In this document: positions 43,050 through 55,897 of the stretch, one piece after another
How positions within the stretch are numbered: the first letter of the stretch is position 1
Layout: every line of letters starts with the position of its first letter
The notes under the pieces: model-generated
Seen by the model: only the letters and a program-made list of their open reading frames with translations
What the model was told of the DNA's origin: nothing
Database searches by the model: none
Made by a program: the position numbers and the translations under genes
Source of the DNA: Eledone cirrhosa
Lineage: Eukaryota
DNA: 64,000 nt
Assembly: GCA_964016885.1 (NCBI GenBank)
Contig: OZ024740.1
Span: 331,080,001 to 331,144,000 of the forward strand
Direction of reading: 5' to 3'

Positions 43050-43442
43050 ATAGCTTGAGGAAAGTTCCCGTCCTTAGGTGTCTGCAGGCACCGAATAAGT
43101 CGGCCCTTCTGTTTAATAGCTTGGTTCCGCCATGAAGAATGTCGAGTGTCTCAGTAAGACAGAGGTTGCAAATACCAGACCCGCCTCAGTCTGGGGGAAC
43201 CTTTCTAACCACGGACCAGACCGGAGAGTGCGGGGTCTTTTCAAGTTTGAGCTTCCAGATCAATTCAGAAAGGGCCATACATTTCCTCCTATCTATTCTG
43301 TTAAAGCAATGGCGATGGTTATTCTACCGACCTTTGAAGCTCGTCGCTGTGGATCCTATGTAGTGGTGCTCCGAGTTAGGGGTTGTGACCTTGCCCCTGT
43401 AGACTACGTTTTTCGTCATGCATTCATTACTAAGGGGGCATA
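43050..43442 (-). pseudogene. Naiad GIY-YIG endonuclease fragment
   Basis: CPLSNECMTKNVVYRG..HYIGSTATSFKGR*NNH..CNLCLTE..LLN..CRH. Confidence 0.9.
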
Positions 43443-43467
43443 GTGATATATATATATATACATAGTG

Positions 43468-43513
<46 letters not shown>

Positions 43514-43636
43514 TAAAATAAGCAAAGAATCGCTGCTCTCCCTCTTAACTGGATTTTCTGAAACTCTCTCTCTATATATATATATATTATCCTCATCGAG
43601 CCCTCTTCGTATTTTTGTCTTCACATTTATTATTAT

Positions 43637-43702
<66 letters not shown>

Positions 43703-46609
43703 GTGTATACATACATATATATATATATATATATATTGCATTGAAAGCTGGAACACTGTTGCTATGCGTAATAATCAGAATTGTGCATTCTCTTTATAGA
43801 CATAATAAAATAAAACCTGATATGAACTCCGTAATAAACTGTCGTCCTCAATATTGATTATCTTGTTAGTTGGCCTGACGTGAAGTGTATATATTAATTT
43901 TCATTACGATAACATCTGTTAGGAAAGATAACGGAGTTAATTAAATTTTATAAATATTTGACTCTTGAATAATTAAATTTTAAACAAGAATTCTAATAAA
44001 TATATGTCCTCCACTCAGCAGACATTTTCTCAGGTTAACACGAGTTATTTATTAACTGGTATTAAGACCATACACTAATTTAATTTGATATCATTTGTTT
44101 CCATTATGAACTAATCATATTGATCCGTATCTTGAATCCAATAATATCGCTCTCAGGTTAATAATTTATTGAAATACCCCAGGAAAACGTTTCTGTTGAT
44201 TTCTCACAAATACTTCATTCTAATAATAAGTTATATCATTTAACCATAGGATACACTGCACCTAGGATAACACTCTGTTATACTAAAATGCATAGCGAAT
44301 AGTTACGCTGATGAATATTGCTTATATCTGGGGCTGGGATATTACAAATCAAACATTTCTGTCTACAGACAAAAGAAAAGAATCCAACTAATTATTAATT
44401 GCCCTCTCATTAATATAATCAGTTGTGACATATAGACATGCTTTTTTCCTTCCCATATTACTAATATGCCTATAAACCTCTAGATTTCTGAATTACATCA
44501 ATAAAAACGTGATTCTCGTCAGCTCCTTAGTCACACGTTATTCAAATACTATCAATCGATTGCCTTCCCTCAAATCTTCAAAGATCTGGAATTCATTGCA
44601 GGTAATATTATGCCATTTATAGGTACATATTCAAATGCCTAAATGGAATGTCTAATGATTGAAATTAATCATTCTCAGAAGAATTGCGTTTGTATATTAG
44701 TAAACATTTTTGACAAAATATTAATGTTTTATTTTCTATACTGACTTTTAATTTATCGAATTAAGATACGTAATACGATGATGTTCTTGATCATATAGCT
44801 GTTCTGGGACAGCACATATTTAGAAAATGTCCCTGGCCTGGCTGAATAAGTGGTATTAAATCAGTATTAATGCGGAGTCCTATCAGCGGTTCAGCGTCAC
44901 ACAGATGATGATCGTGTAGTTCATCGTACCAAAGTTTTCTTATATACATATATAACTATATATATATATATCATGTGAAGGGGACATGCGATTTATGGCT
45001 CCAGTATTTAGTTGGTTCTTAAGATAACTGAAGCTATCTTCACCAGAAATATAAAAGCAAATATCCAAACACAACGGAAAATAACTGTTTTTTTCTGATG
45101 CTGTAGGAATTTTTATATTTCCCTGTTTCAGCAATTTCTTTTCTTCCATATCAAATGGACTACTATATTGTGGAGCATGGAAAAATGCCAAGAATATTCT
45201 GACAAAGAAATAATGTGACCAATAAATGATATATTTTTAGAATCTTTCCCTTCAAAGAAAATCGATAGCTTAAAACATACTACTAGGAAGCATCAACTTG
45301 GATTACGCTGAAAGTTATACTATTGAGAAACATGTGATTTTATGTAATGAACAAGCGAAGTGAAGTAATTCCTGCACAAATATTTACATATAATTGAAGG
45401 TGAACTATTCAAAGCCTATCGAATGCATTCCCTTAGTGCGTTTGTTAGATCAATTGCCCAGCTAATGTCGTCATGCACAAGAACTAGATTAATTAAATAT
45501 TTATTTCGCTTAGCTTTCAATACAGTAATTTTAATAATGGGCGTACAGTAATAATTATTTTAAAATTAAAAATGTACGTACAATTGCCATTATCTTGCTT
45601 TTAAATGCTTAAATACAATATTTTCATTTTATTTGGATAGCACAAAGCGCCTTTAGTAAATGGAAGCAACATCGCTAATATTATTAATATTAAAATCAAA
45701 GCATTTTGCTCCCGTTTTAGAACTAGCTTTGACTGACTCACTGCTTTACTACTCACAGCGAGAATATGTATGAGACATTTGAATAGTGAACAGGGTTTTC
45801 AGTCATATGTACTGTCGTGGGAAAGCTATATAATCAGGAACAAAGCATCTGAATACAAATGTTGAATCACCAAACCAAAAAGCGATATCCAATATTTTGG
45901 TAAAATGGTGTAATATATATATGTAATGCATTCAAGATGTTTGAAGATTTGGGTAATGTAATAGGGAGTAGTTTTAGTGAGCAAGGTTGAATAACGTACG
46001 TTTGAGAAATGATGAAAATCAGGAGTTCCTGGGTGTAGTTGCTAGTTCAGGAATGTAGAATACTAATTCTATAAAGAGACAACTGGTTTATAGGTCACAT
46101 ATTGTATTGTGCTGCTAATTAGAGATCATTTGGAATCTTTCGTGTGTACATCGACTAAAATGCGTGTTTATTGTGGCATCCCTCATGATGTAGCGATCGT
46201 GAAATATTAGTATATGGGATTTTCACGCAAATACTGAGGTATCTGTGCCACGATCACATTTTAAACACCCACAACGAGACTATACTTCTTTATTAAACGA
46301 CACCATATTGTATACAATTCCTTATAATACGCTGTTATTGATGTTCTTAATCAATTTATAAACATGAAAAAGAAATGTTTACAATATCTTCCAATTTCTC
46401 TGACATATCTCTACAGAACGACATCTCCAAGATATCACAGGGCATCAACATTAAATCGTAACGCATCTTCAAGTATACGTTTTATGGCAATAGTCGAAAA
46501 AGCAATGCTAGTAAAAAGCACACTTTATTTGGAAATATGAGAGTAATCAATGTTAGTATGTTAACGCAATGGATTAAAGTTTGGACTATAAACATGAAAA
46601 TGAAATAGA

Positions 46610-46956
46610 CCATGAAATTGGAACTATGTAAATCCGAAGGCTCTTTGAAGTAACGTTACTTGATAAAGTGCGTAACTCGGAGATCAGAGAATCACTCCAG
46701 GTAGAGCCGCTATTTCTCGGAATTGAAATCACAGCTCCCATACTATGGGCACGTCTCACGGGAAACCCAAGTGTAGACCCCGAGCAAGATGGTTGGATAA
46801 CATCCATGAGCTGGGCTGGTTACGCAGGAGGATCCAGCCAGATCAGTTGGCGATGGTTGCTTCTGACAGGACATGCTGGAAGGAGTGTCTGAGGAATCTG
46901 CCACCGTGACCCACCCAGAAATAAGTGGTCAAAGAAGAAGAAGAAGAAGAAGAAGA
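46610..46956 (+). mobile_element. RTE-type LINE 3' end with (GAA)n tail
   Basis: TLLDKVRNSEIRESLQVEPL followed by gaagaagaag. Confidence 0.7.
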
Positions 46957-48694
46957 CATTTGTTTATGTAATCTGCAAAGGAAAATCCAAACGGAACAAC
47001 AAGAGTTTTGATCTGTGATGACCCTGAAATTTGAATTATGATGGCATATGTAACGCCAGCAGAAAGTCGAAATCGCATCGTGCAAAACATTTTCAAAATA
47101 GATAATCGTACATATGCAAACGAAACGTATTACGATATATTTGGTACTGTTTTAAAGCAATTTCGCAAAAGATATATCCCTTTTTTAGATTTTAGTTAAA
47201 TATTGAGTCTTTACTTAAGCACATAATGAATGCGTATTGAAATTCGAACAATACAAATTTGATTAAAACTTGAGAGCCTTTTGGATCTAAACAGACGCCG
47301 AAATAAGCAATGAGATATGTTTTCTGAAACCTACTATTTCAACCCATATTGCAAACATAACAGGGCACTATTGTAAGTGATTGAAACGAACTATAATAAG
47401 CAATTAAAGCATCATATATCGATTAACACTTAGTTTATGTGTGTATGTTGCCTGAGGGCACTTCATCAATATTGGAGAATGGTCCGATCGATACTTAGAT
47501 TAGAACAGGAACAAAACAAATAACAAAATAATATATCCTCAAGAAACTTACGATTATATTATCAGTATTATATATATGTACATATGAAATTTATAAATCA
47601 TACAGACATTAATCAATAGGCATTTACAAGTAGTTCAGATTACTATAGTATATCAATGCCCAGATTCCTAAAAATAATAATACTCAGGTCATCTGAAAGC
47701 ATAGGTTAGTATGAAACTATTCATTTTTAGTATGCAACTATTCATTTTCCTTATTTTCGTAGTGAAATGAATCATGCCCTAAAACTATTTCAATTAGGTA
47801 TATTATGGCAACTGGTTTAAGAGTGACACAGCATACTAAAACTATGAGATATCCCAAGATGCATATAACATGTTTCACAATATATAGAGCAATACCTTGA
47901 TCAAGTTGTCAGAGTGCTCTTTGCTCACCAATTACAAGATGTATGATGCTGATTGTCGATGTTGCAATGAAACGCTTCATATTATATATGGCAATAAGTC
48001 ACGATTTTTCACCAGAACTCTTTAGAAATGCATTTGTAAAATGTATGTCATGTACATGTGTTTACAAGTTTCATAGCATTTCGATACGGTTTCTCTGAAC
48101 CTACCATTCATGAAACCAACTTTACTTTATATTCATCTTAGAAGCTTAATTCTAATCATAACGATATTTTTATCCAAATCCTCGTACATCATCTAATAAT
48201 TCTTCATAAGATTGGTGCAATGCCAGCAATCTTTTGAAAAAAAATTGTCGATTATATTAATCCAGTACTTAATTGCTACTTTATCCGGAATATTAAAAGT
48301 CAAAATTGGTTTCACCGGGAATTAAATAAAAAACGCTCTAACTACAGTGCCGAACGACCCCTACCTATGTAGTTATATTAACTAATGCCCTTACGTATAT
48401 TATATGACATATGAAAGAAAAACACAAACCATTGAAATTCGTTCAGATACTTCTCAACCTAAACTCTTTCACTTCTCAAAACGTATTGTGGCAATCGCAT
48501 GACACATTTTGGCATTGCACATTGAATACCTCAAAACTGATTATAAATAGTAAATTATCTGTCATCTACTAAAACATTATTGCAGAAGAAATAGAGAATA
48601 TATATATATATAAATGAGATGAGCGGAACAACCAAGCATTAAACAAACCTTTAAATAAATTAAAATACGATTTAAATATTCATCAGTTCAAAAT

Positions 48695-48773
48695 GCTGCT
48701 ACCGACGGTTTCGGTTCACAAAAGATTGCAAATTCTCTGAATTTCCAATGGAAAGATCAGCTCTTCAGACAGC
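48695..48773 (-). ncRNA. Type I hammerhead ribozyme
   Basis: Reverse complement: gctgt-CTGAAGA-g..c-GAAA-ccgtcgg-TA-gcagc. Confidence 0.8.
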
Positions 48774-48923
48774 TATTTCCATTCTATAGGGCATAAATCA
48801 GTTTGTAAATTTATCGCTTACTGCCCGATGTATGAGGTCGGGCCGCTAAAGTGACCCACACATAAACAGGCCTATAATAAAAGCGGGAATATTATAGACT
48901 GGTTGTCTGTCACGCTACTAATA

Positions 48924-48976
<53 letters not shown>

Positions 48977-48982
<6 letters not shown>

Positions 48983-50464
48983 ATAAATTATCGAGATTCG
49001 CATTTCGGCCCACGAAATAACGAAAAACAACCTCAGAGATGTGCAGCAAGTGCTCAATGATTCAGATGAACCAGAGCTATAACAAACGTTAAAGGCCAAA
49101 CACACTGAGACAATGGTTAAACAATCATTCGCATAGCCCAAAAAAACGATCAAGTAATTCGGGTATTGAAGATTACCCGGACCCCTGGAAGGTTGGTCAA
49201 ATCCACTATATGGGTTTCTGCGGATCCTAAATCAAGTCCCGTCCGCTTACATAAATAATGTCAGGTTTCTGGTAAAATGATTGAACAAGGAAGCCACTTT
49301 CTCAACAGGTTTTAGTTCAATGTTAATACAAGGACTGACTATTGCTGACCCCCACGTGGGGCACAGCAAGGGAGGCAACCCCTATATCAGGCGAATGAAT
49401 TCAGTTGTGTATATTTTTGCAAGAATGCAAAAACATCACAAATCGCATAGAGTTCTCAACAGAAGGGTTAAAATTAACATAAGCTATTCATCAGTCAATA
49501 GAATCAACTAAAAAATCAACAAAATTAACTGGTCAATAGCTAGAGTCTGGAGAATAATACAAACATAAATTATCGAGATTCGCATATCGGCCCACGAAAT
49601 AACGAAAAACAACCTCCGAGATGTGAGGCAAGTGCTCATTGATTCAGATGAACCAGAGCTATAACAAACGTTAAGGGCCAAATAACATTGAGACGATGGT
49701 TAAACAATCATTCGCATAGCCAAAAAAACGATCAAGTAATTCGGGTATTGAAAATTGACCCGGATCCCTGGAAGGTTGGTCAAATCCACTATATGGGTTT
49801 CTGCGGCTCCTAAATCAAATACCGTCCGCTTACATAAATAATGTCAGGCTTCTGGTAAGGTGATTGAAGAAGGAAGTCGCTTTCTCAACAGGTTTTAGTT
49901 CAATGTTAATACAAGGACTGACTATTGTTGACCCCACGTGGGGATCGGCAAGGGAGGCAACCCCTATATCAGGCGAATGAATTCAGTTGTGCATATTTTT
50001 GCAAGAATGCAAAAACATCACACATCGAATAGAGTTCTCAACAGAAGGGTTAAAATTAACATAAGCTATTCATCAGTCAATAGAATCAACTGAAAAATCA
50101 AGAAATTTAACTGGTCAATAGCTAGAGTCTGGAGAATAATACAAACATATATTATCAAGATTCGCATTTTGGCCCACGAAATAACGAAAAACAACCTCCG
50201 AGATGTGCGGCAAGAGCTCAATGATTCAGATGAACCAGAGCTATAACAATCGTTAAAGGCCAAACACACTGAGACGATGGTTAAACAATCATTCGCATAG
50301 CCAAAAAAACGATCAAGTAATTCGGGTATTGAACATTTACCCGGATCCCTGGAAGGTTGGTCAAATCCAGTATATGGGTTTCTGCGGCTCCTAAATCAAA
50401 TACCGTCCGCTCACATAAATAATGTCAGGCTTCTGGTAAGATGATTGAACAAGGAAGCCACTTT

Positions 50465-50467
<3 letters not shown>
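48977..50467. repeat. Non-coding 582-bp tandem unit (about 2.5 copies), flanked by (TA)n
   Basis: acata.attatc.agattcgcat recurs at about 48981, 49563 and 50145. Confidence 0.92.
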
Positions 50468-50510
<43 letters not shown>

Positions 50511-50512
<2 letters not shown>

Positions 50513-51390
50513 AAGGCGGGTAAAATTCCCGAGATCCATGGACGAGTTCTCTCCAGCCGTCTCTGTCCCTCATTATCGCTGCCATATCCTGCATCTTCAA
50601 CAGACCAGTGTCTGTCCTTAGGGCATCAACATATGTTAACCTTGGTCTTCCTCTTCTAGTGTGTCCGTGTAGGGGCTCCCAAAGGAGCACTGAGTGCAAT
50701 GTCAACTCTGGATGTCGGTGAGCATGTCCAGCCAACCTCAGTCTCCTCTGTGTCACTTTTGAGCTGACTTTTGGGATGCTCCCATACAGCTCTGAGTTTT
50801 TCATCCTCAGTGTATACTGATTAATGTTCAGAGCCATCCTCAGCATTCTCGTGTAGCACCCAACGACCATCTGAGTGAGTCTCTTGGTCAGTGTCCAAGT
50901 CTCAGACCCATACAGCAGCACAGACTCCACAACAGCAATGATGAGGCGGGTTTTCAGGTCTCTGCGAAGGTCCGACTTCCACACCGATCTCAAGCCGTGA
51001 CACGCCGCCCAGGCCTTGCTCTTCCTCTCAACCACATCATCTTCCGTATTCCCAATCTTTGCTCCCAAATACCTTTTTATCATCGTAGTGGACTATTGTA
51101 TGCGCCTTGCACTGGAGAAACACCAGGACTCTGGCTTTACTGTAACACCGGCTCAGAGCAGGAGAGTTCGGGCGAAAAAGGTATCGGATGCTGAATTTGC
51201 CGACGACATAGTTTTGGTGACAAATACAGTGAAGGAGGCAGAGGATTTGATGCGGGAGGTTGAGACTGTGTCGATGAGTGTGGGGCTGAGAATGAATGAG
51301 ATTAAAACAAAATATCTGGTAGAGAATGTTGAGAAGCCAGAGGGATCACTAATGTAGGCGGGAAGCCGCTGGAATTGGTTGAGGACTTCC

Positions 51391-51395
<5 letters not shown>
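50511..51395 (-). mobile_element. RTE-type LINE 3' portion with inverted 5' segment
   Basis: Minus 50511-51075 reads RYLGAKIG..LLYGSETW..RLRLAGH..GRP; plus 51070-51395 reads LFIIVVDY..EFADDIVL..VEDFRY. Confidence 0.9.
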
Positions 51396-51455
<60 letters not shown>

Positions 51456-52354
51456 TAAAATAACATATTAAAGTTTAAACAAAGAATCGCTGCTTTCACG
51501 CTTAACGGGATCTTCTGAAACTAACAATGTCAATCTGTAAACGCAGAAGTGGATATTTCAAAAAACGTTGCAACCGGAGGAAGATAGGAAGACGATACTT
51601 TGGTTCGTGGAAACGTACGCTGGCAAAGAACGGGAAAAAACGAATATAATACGCCATTAATAGGAGCGGTGAAAAACAATTACACGCAAAGACAGAACCA
51701 CGTTTATGGTATAAAAGATGTCGTAGACTAATGTTCTCTTATGTGGTGCATAGAGACGTTCTCTGGCAGACGTTCTCTTATTTATCCTTATCGAGCTCTC
51801 TTTGGATTTTAGTCTTCAAATTTATTATTATTACTGTATATATATATATATTATATATATATATATATTATATATATATATATTATATATATATATATAT
51901 TATATATATATATATTATATATATATATATATATGAGTGTGTGTGTGTGTGTGCGTGTGCATGCGTGCGTGTGTGTGTATGCTTATTAATTTATTCTCTT
52001 AGCCGTCAATCACTTACGGAATATATCTATATATATAAGCGAGCAAACTACGTCACGCTGTCAATTTGATTTCACGATGATGCAATATGTTATCAAAAAA
52101 ACAGAAATACTGTAGGGGATATTAGTAACTTCGTTAATAGTCTTTTAAAATGTAAGCTCTCTATTGTTTGAATAATTTCCTGCGTAATCAAGGCATATCT
52201 CACTATGCAAATAAACAATTGCTCGGATAAGACTAAAAGACCCAAATTCATTTCTAAGAAATGTAATTGAATAAGGTGGATGGAATACTTTCAGTCTGAA
52301 ATATATAACCAATTTATAAATATTTGACGCTTTTGAAGATTTTTAGGTGTTTCC

Positions 52355-53060
52355 ATATAGAGGGGAAGAGATTATTGGTGTTAGATATATAGAGGGGGAT
52401 AATGAGGGTGTGCCGTGTGGTTGATATAGAGATGTAAAGAGTGTGAAGGTAGTAACAATAAAGAATGGTTTTGTTTGAGAGAGAGTGTTGTACGGTAGAT
52501 ATAGAGAGGGGGAGAATTTGATGGTAGTAGATATTGAGAGGGATTAGGGGAAAGAGTGATGTACGGTAGATATAGAGGGAGTAGAGTTTTGAGGATATGG
52601 ATATAGAGAGGTGTGTTGGGAGAGATAAGTGTAGATAGATAGAGAGAGAGATAGGATGCTGGTAGTAGATATAAAGAGGGGTGTTGAGAGAGAGTGATGT
52701 ACGGTAGGTATGGAGGGGAGAAGAGATTATATGTGGTAGATATAGAGAGGGGAGTTGGGAGATAAATGTGTATGGTAGATATAGATAGGGGAGAGTTTAG
52801 CGGTTATGGATATAGAGAGTGAGATAATGAGAGAGTTGCATGTGGTAGATATAGAGAGGCTTTTGGGAGAGATAGTGCCGTAATGGATATAGAGAGATAG
52901 TGCCGTGTGGTTGATGTAGAGAGATTTCGAGTTCAGGGGTAATGAATAGATTGAGGGGGATTAGAAGAGATTTTAGTATGGTAGATATAGCGAGGGAGAG
53001 ACGTTGGTGGAAGTAGATATAGAGAGTGGTGTTGAAAGAGAGTGTTGTACGGTAGATAAA
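52355..53060. repeat. Degenerate purine-rich minisatellite (tggtagatatagagag core, ~30-bp period)
   Basis: Recurrent gatatagaga(g) motif. Confidence 0.8.
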
Positions 53061-54533
53061 ATATAATGTGTTTATAAAGCGAGGCGATTTAGGTCCCTCA
53101 CAAAAACAATGACATTCAATAGATGTTTATCAATAAAATTATTATTGGATATATTTCTAGCATCACCAAATTTGACAAACACAAATAAACGTTATGTTTT
53201 AGCATAATGTGAATTCACTGATATAAACGTCTTAATTTAATCAATAAATGTTTTAGGTCTTGAAATAATACCTATATGAGAAACAACCTTCCATTTATAA
53301 TAGATTGATGTAGCCGATAAGAAGTATGAAACAAATCTAATGTTGCACCTCAACAATATACAATGATTATTTCTGTAGTGGTGTAGTCGTTCGTATCGTT
53401 TAGACGTACGGGAGATTTGGTCGCACTAATATATAATAAGGATTATTCTAAAATAACCATCCAATTATTTTCATGCAACATGAAAGTTGGACAACTGTGT
53501 CCAATTAGATTTTATTTAGAAGGATATGATATGTTCCTGAGAAAGAGGGGCTGTTAAATATATCTGCTCAAACTACAAAGGAGTCTTCTATTCCAGCTCC
53601 TTTCAGATATCATTGAATATCAGATTAAATAATACATATATTTTTTTCAGATACCAGCAATCAGGAACATTTAGATCAAATTGTCTTGAATACAAAGAAA
53701 ATAGGACAATAGAATGTACACCATTTGGACCATCTTGATGCGAATCTTCGACGAAATACAATTACAGTAATGATGGAATGAAACAATATTATACTTTAGA
53801 TTGCTTGCAATCTATTAGTACATAAACACTACTCATAATCACGTCGTTGCAAATTTATCAGATAATAACTTTGAAAAATGCGACAATGCTGCTTTTCTCA
53901 AGAAACTAGATGTAATTATTGAAACATAAAATAACCGTTCAAGCAGAAATGATTGGAATGGGTTTATACATATTCATAGATAAATTGGAATTGCGTGTTC
54001 AATTGCATCTTAAATATATTACACGAAATGCTATCGTGATTTCACACCACCCTGGAATAATAGTAGAGAAAATCAGAATCATACATACCAAACGTTAATA
54101 TTGATTAGTTCTACACTAACGGAACCAGATCATCTGAATTAAACAGTACTTTGTATTCTTCGTTAACAACGGTGAAACTTTATGCGTTCCTCATATATTG
54201 ATATTATATTGCCGTCTCTTATTTTCTACGAATTATAATTCAACTAAAAATAAACACACGCAAGCACGTATGCATACACACACACGCACACACACACACA
54301 CACGAGTGTGTGAGTGTGTAGATATATATGTGTTGAAATCCCATTTGAGGCTTCTAATTGTTTTTGCTACCAATACATGTAATGATGAAACAATTTGAGA
54401 TCCTACCGGTATATGAAGCGTATATATACGCATATATATATAGAGAGAGAGAGGAGAGAGAAAAATCAAAAGGCTGAGCACTATCATATGTAGTGGATAT
54501 CATTTTTTTTTTTTACTTCAACATCAATTTTTT

Positions 54534-54600
<67 letters not shown>

Positions 54601-54651
54601 GATATAGATATATATGTATGCATATGTATGCATATGTATATATATATATAT

Positions 54652-54822
54652 TTAATATAGAAATGGCTTCGACAGGACTAGAACTGTTTCATTCAGAGAA
54701 AATCATCAGGAAAGCCCTTATTTCCTCAGAATGAAAGCCATTTCTATATTAAATATTTATACTCTGCTACGTATTGAGTACCTTACATACTGTTGTTACC
54801 ACCGATTGAACCCGGGATAAAC
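54652..54822. ncRNA. Minus-strand HHR (54665-54716, GUC site) plus an oppositely oriented pLTR tail
   Basis: Reverse complement: ggctttc-CTGATGA-ttttctctgaat-GAAA-cagttctagtcctg-TC-gaagcc. Confidence 0.8.
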
Positions 54823-55026
54823 ATATATATATATGTGTAGATAAATCTACCAAAATATACGGTAGTGTCCAATCCGTATGAAGAACTCAATGTAATCCAA
54901 ATATCATGAAAAGAGAACCTGTATTCAAAATGTTTTTTTCGCTGAAAAACACAGGAAAACAGAGTCAAGATAAATTAATAAAAATAATGAATAAAAACAA
55001 AGAAACAGTTCCTTATATTAAAAAAT

Positions 55027-55165
55027 TCATCATTTTACGATCGTTTCTAGGATATATATGTGTGTGTTGGTATGTATATCGTATAGATCTATGTAACATT
55101 TTTACAAACTATCAGAGGGAATATACATACCTACACATATATATGCTGTCTTCAGAAATAATGAT
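55027..55165 (-). ncRNA. Hammerhead with ~100-nt stem II (intact)
   Basis: Reverse complement: tcattattt-CTGAAGA-long hairpin-GAAA-cgatcg-TA-aaatgatga. Confidence 0.8.
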
Positions 55166-55456
55166 ATTTGTTTATTGAAAAAACCCAACAAAGATTTAAT
55201 ATAATAGGTCTGTTTGGCAACAGGTTTTGAATTGACCAATAGAAAGGTAATAAATGGTCAAGATGATAGAATAGTAGTAATAGGAATTTAATTTAGGGGT
55301 AGAGGAAAGCAGATTCAGTTTTGAATGGAAACAGTATTTTGAATGAAAAGATTACTTTGGGGATGAAAATAGGTCAAGCCGGTGAAAGGTACACGAAAAT
55401 TTGATGTTATAAAAGAATAATGCTAAAGTTAAAATTTTTTTTCAATAAACAAATAT

Positions 55457-55590
55457 ATTATTTCTGAAGACAGCATATATATGTGTAGGTATGTATATTC
55501 CCTCTGATAGTTTGTAAAAATTTTACATAGATCTATATGATATACATACCAACACACACATATATATCCTAGAAACGATCGTAAAATGAT
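55457..55590 (+). ncRNA. Hammerhead with 101-nt stem II (intact)
   Basis: CTGAAGA at 55464, GAAA at 55572, palindromic acgatcgt, GUA site. Confidence 0.8.
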
Positions 55591-55897
55591 GAATTTTTTA
55601 ATATAAGGAACTGTTTCTTTATTTTTATTCATTATTTTTATTAATTTATCTTGACACTGTTTTCCTGTGTTTATCATCTAGAAAAGAAATGTTGAATACA
55701 TCTTCTCTTTTCATGATATTTGGATTACATTGAGTTCTTCATACGGATTGGACACTACCGTATATTTTGGTAGATTTATCTACATACTTTGCTCCTAATT
55801 TTATAAAGGTATTCATATTTTTATATATATATATATAATTTTATAACTCCCTATATATATAGTTGAGCTCTTTTTCTTGTCCATTATCCATATCACA

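Noticed and set aside
49310-49405. Canonical HDV-like ribozyme
   Set aside because: GCGAA and a possible P2 are present, but no P1/P3/L3/P1.1 arrangement could be built.
52355-53060. CRISPR-like array
   Set aside because: Degenerate repeats with low-complexity, mutually related 'spacers' in a eukaryotic context; a minisatellite.
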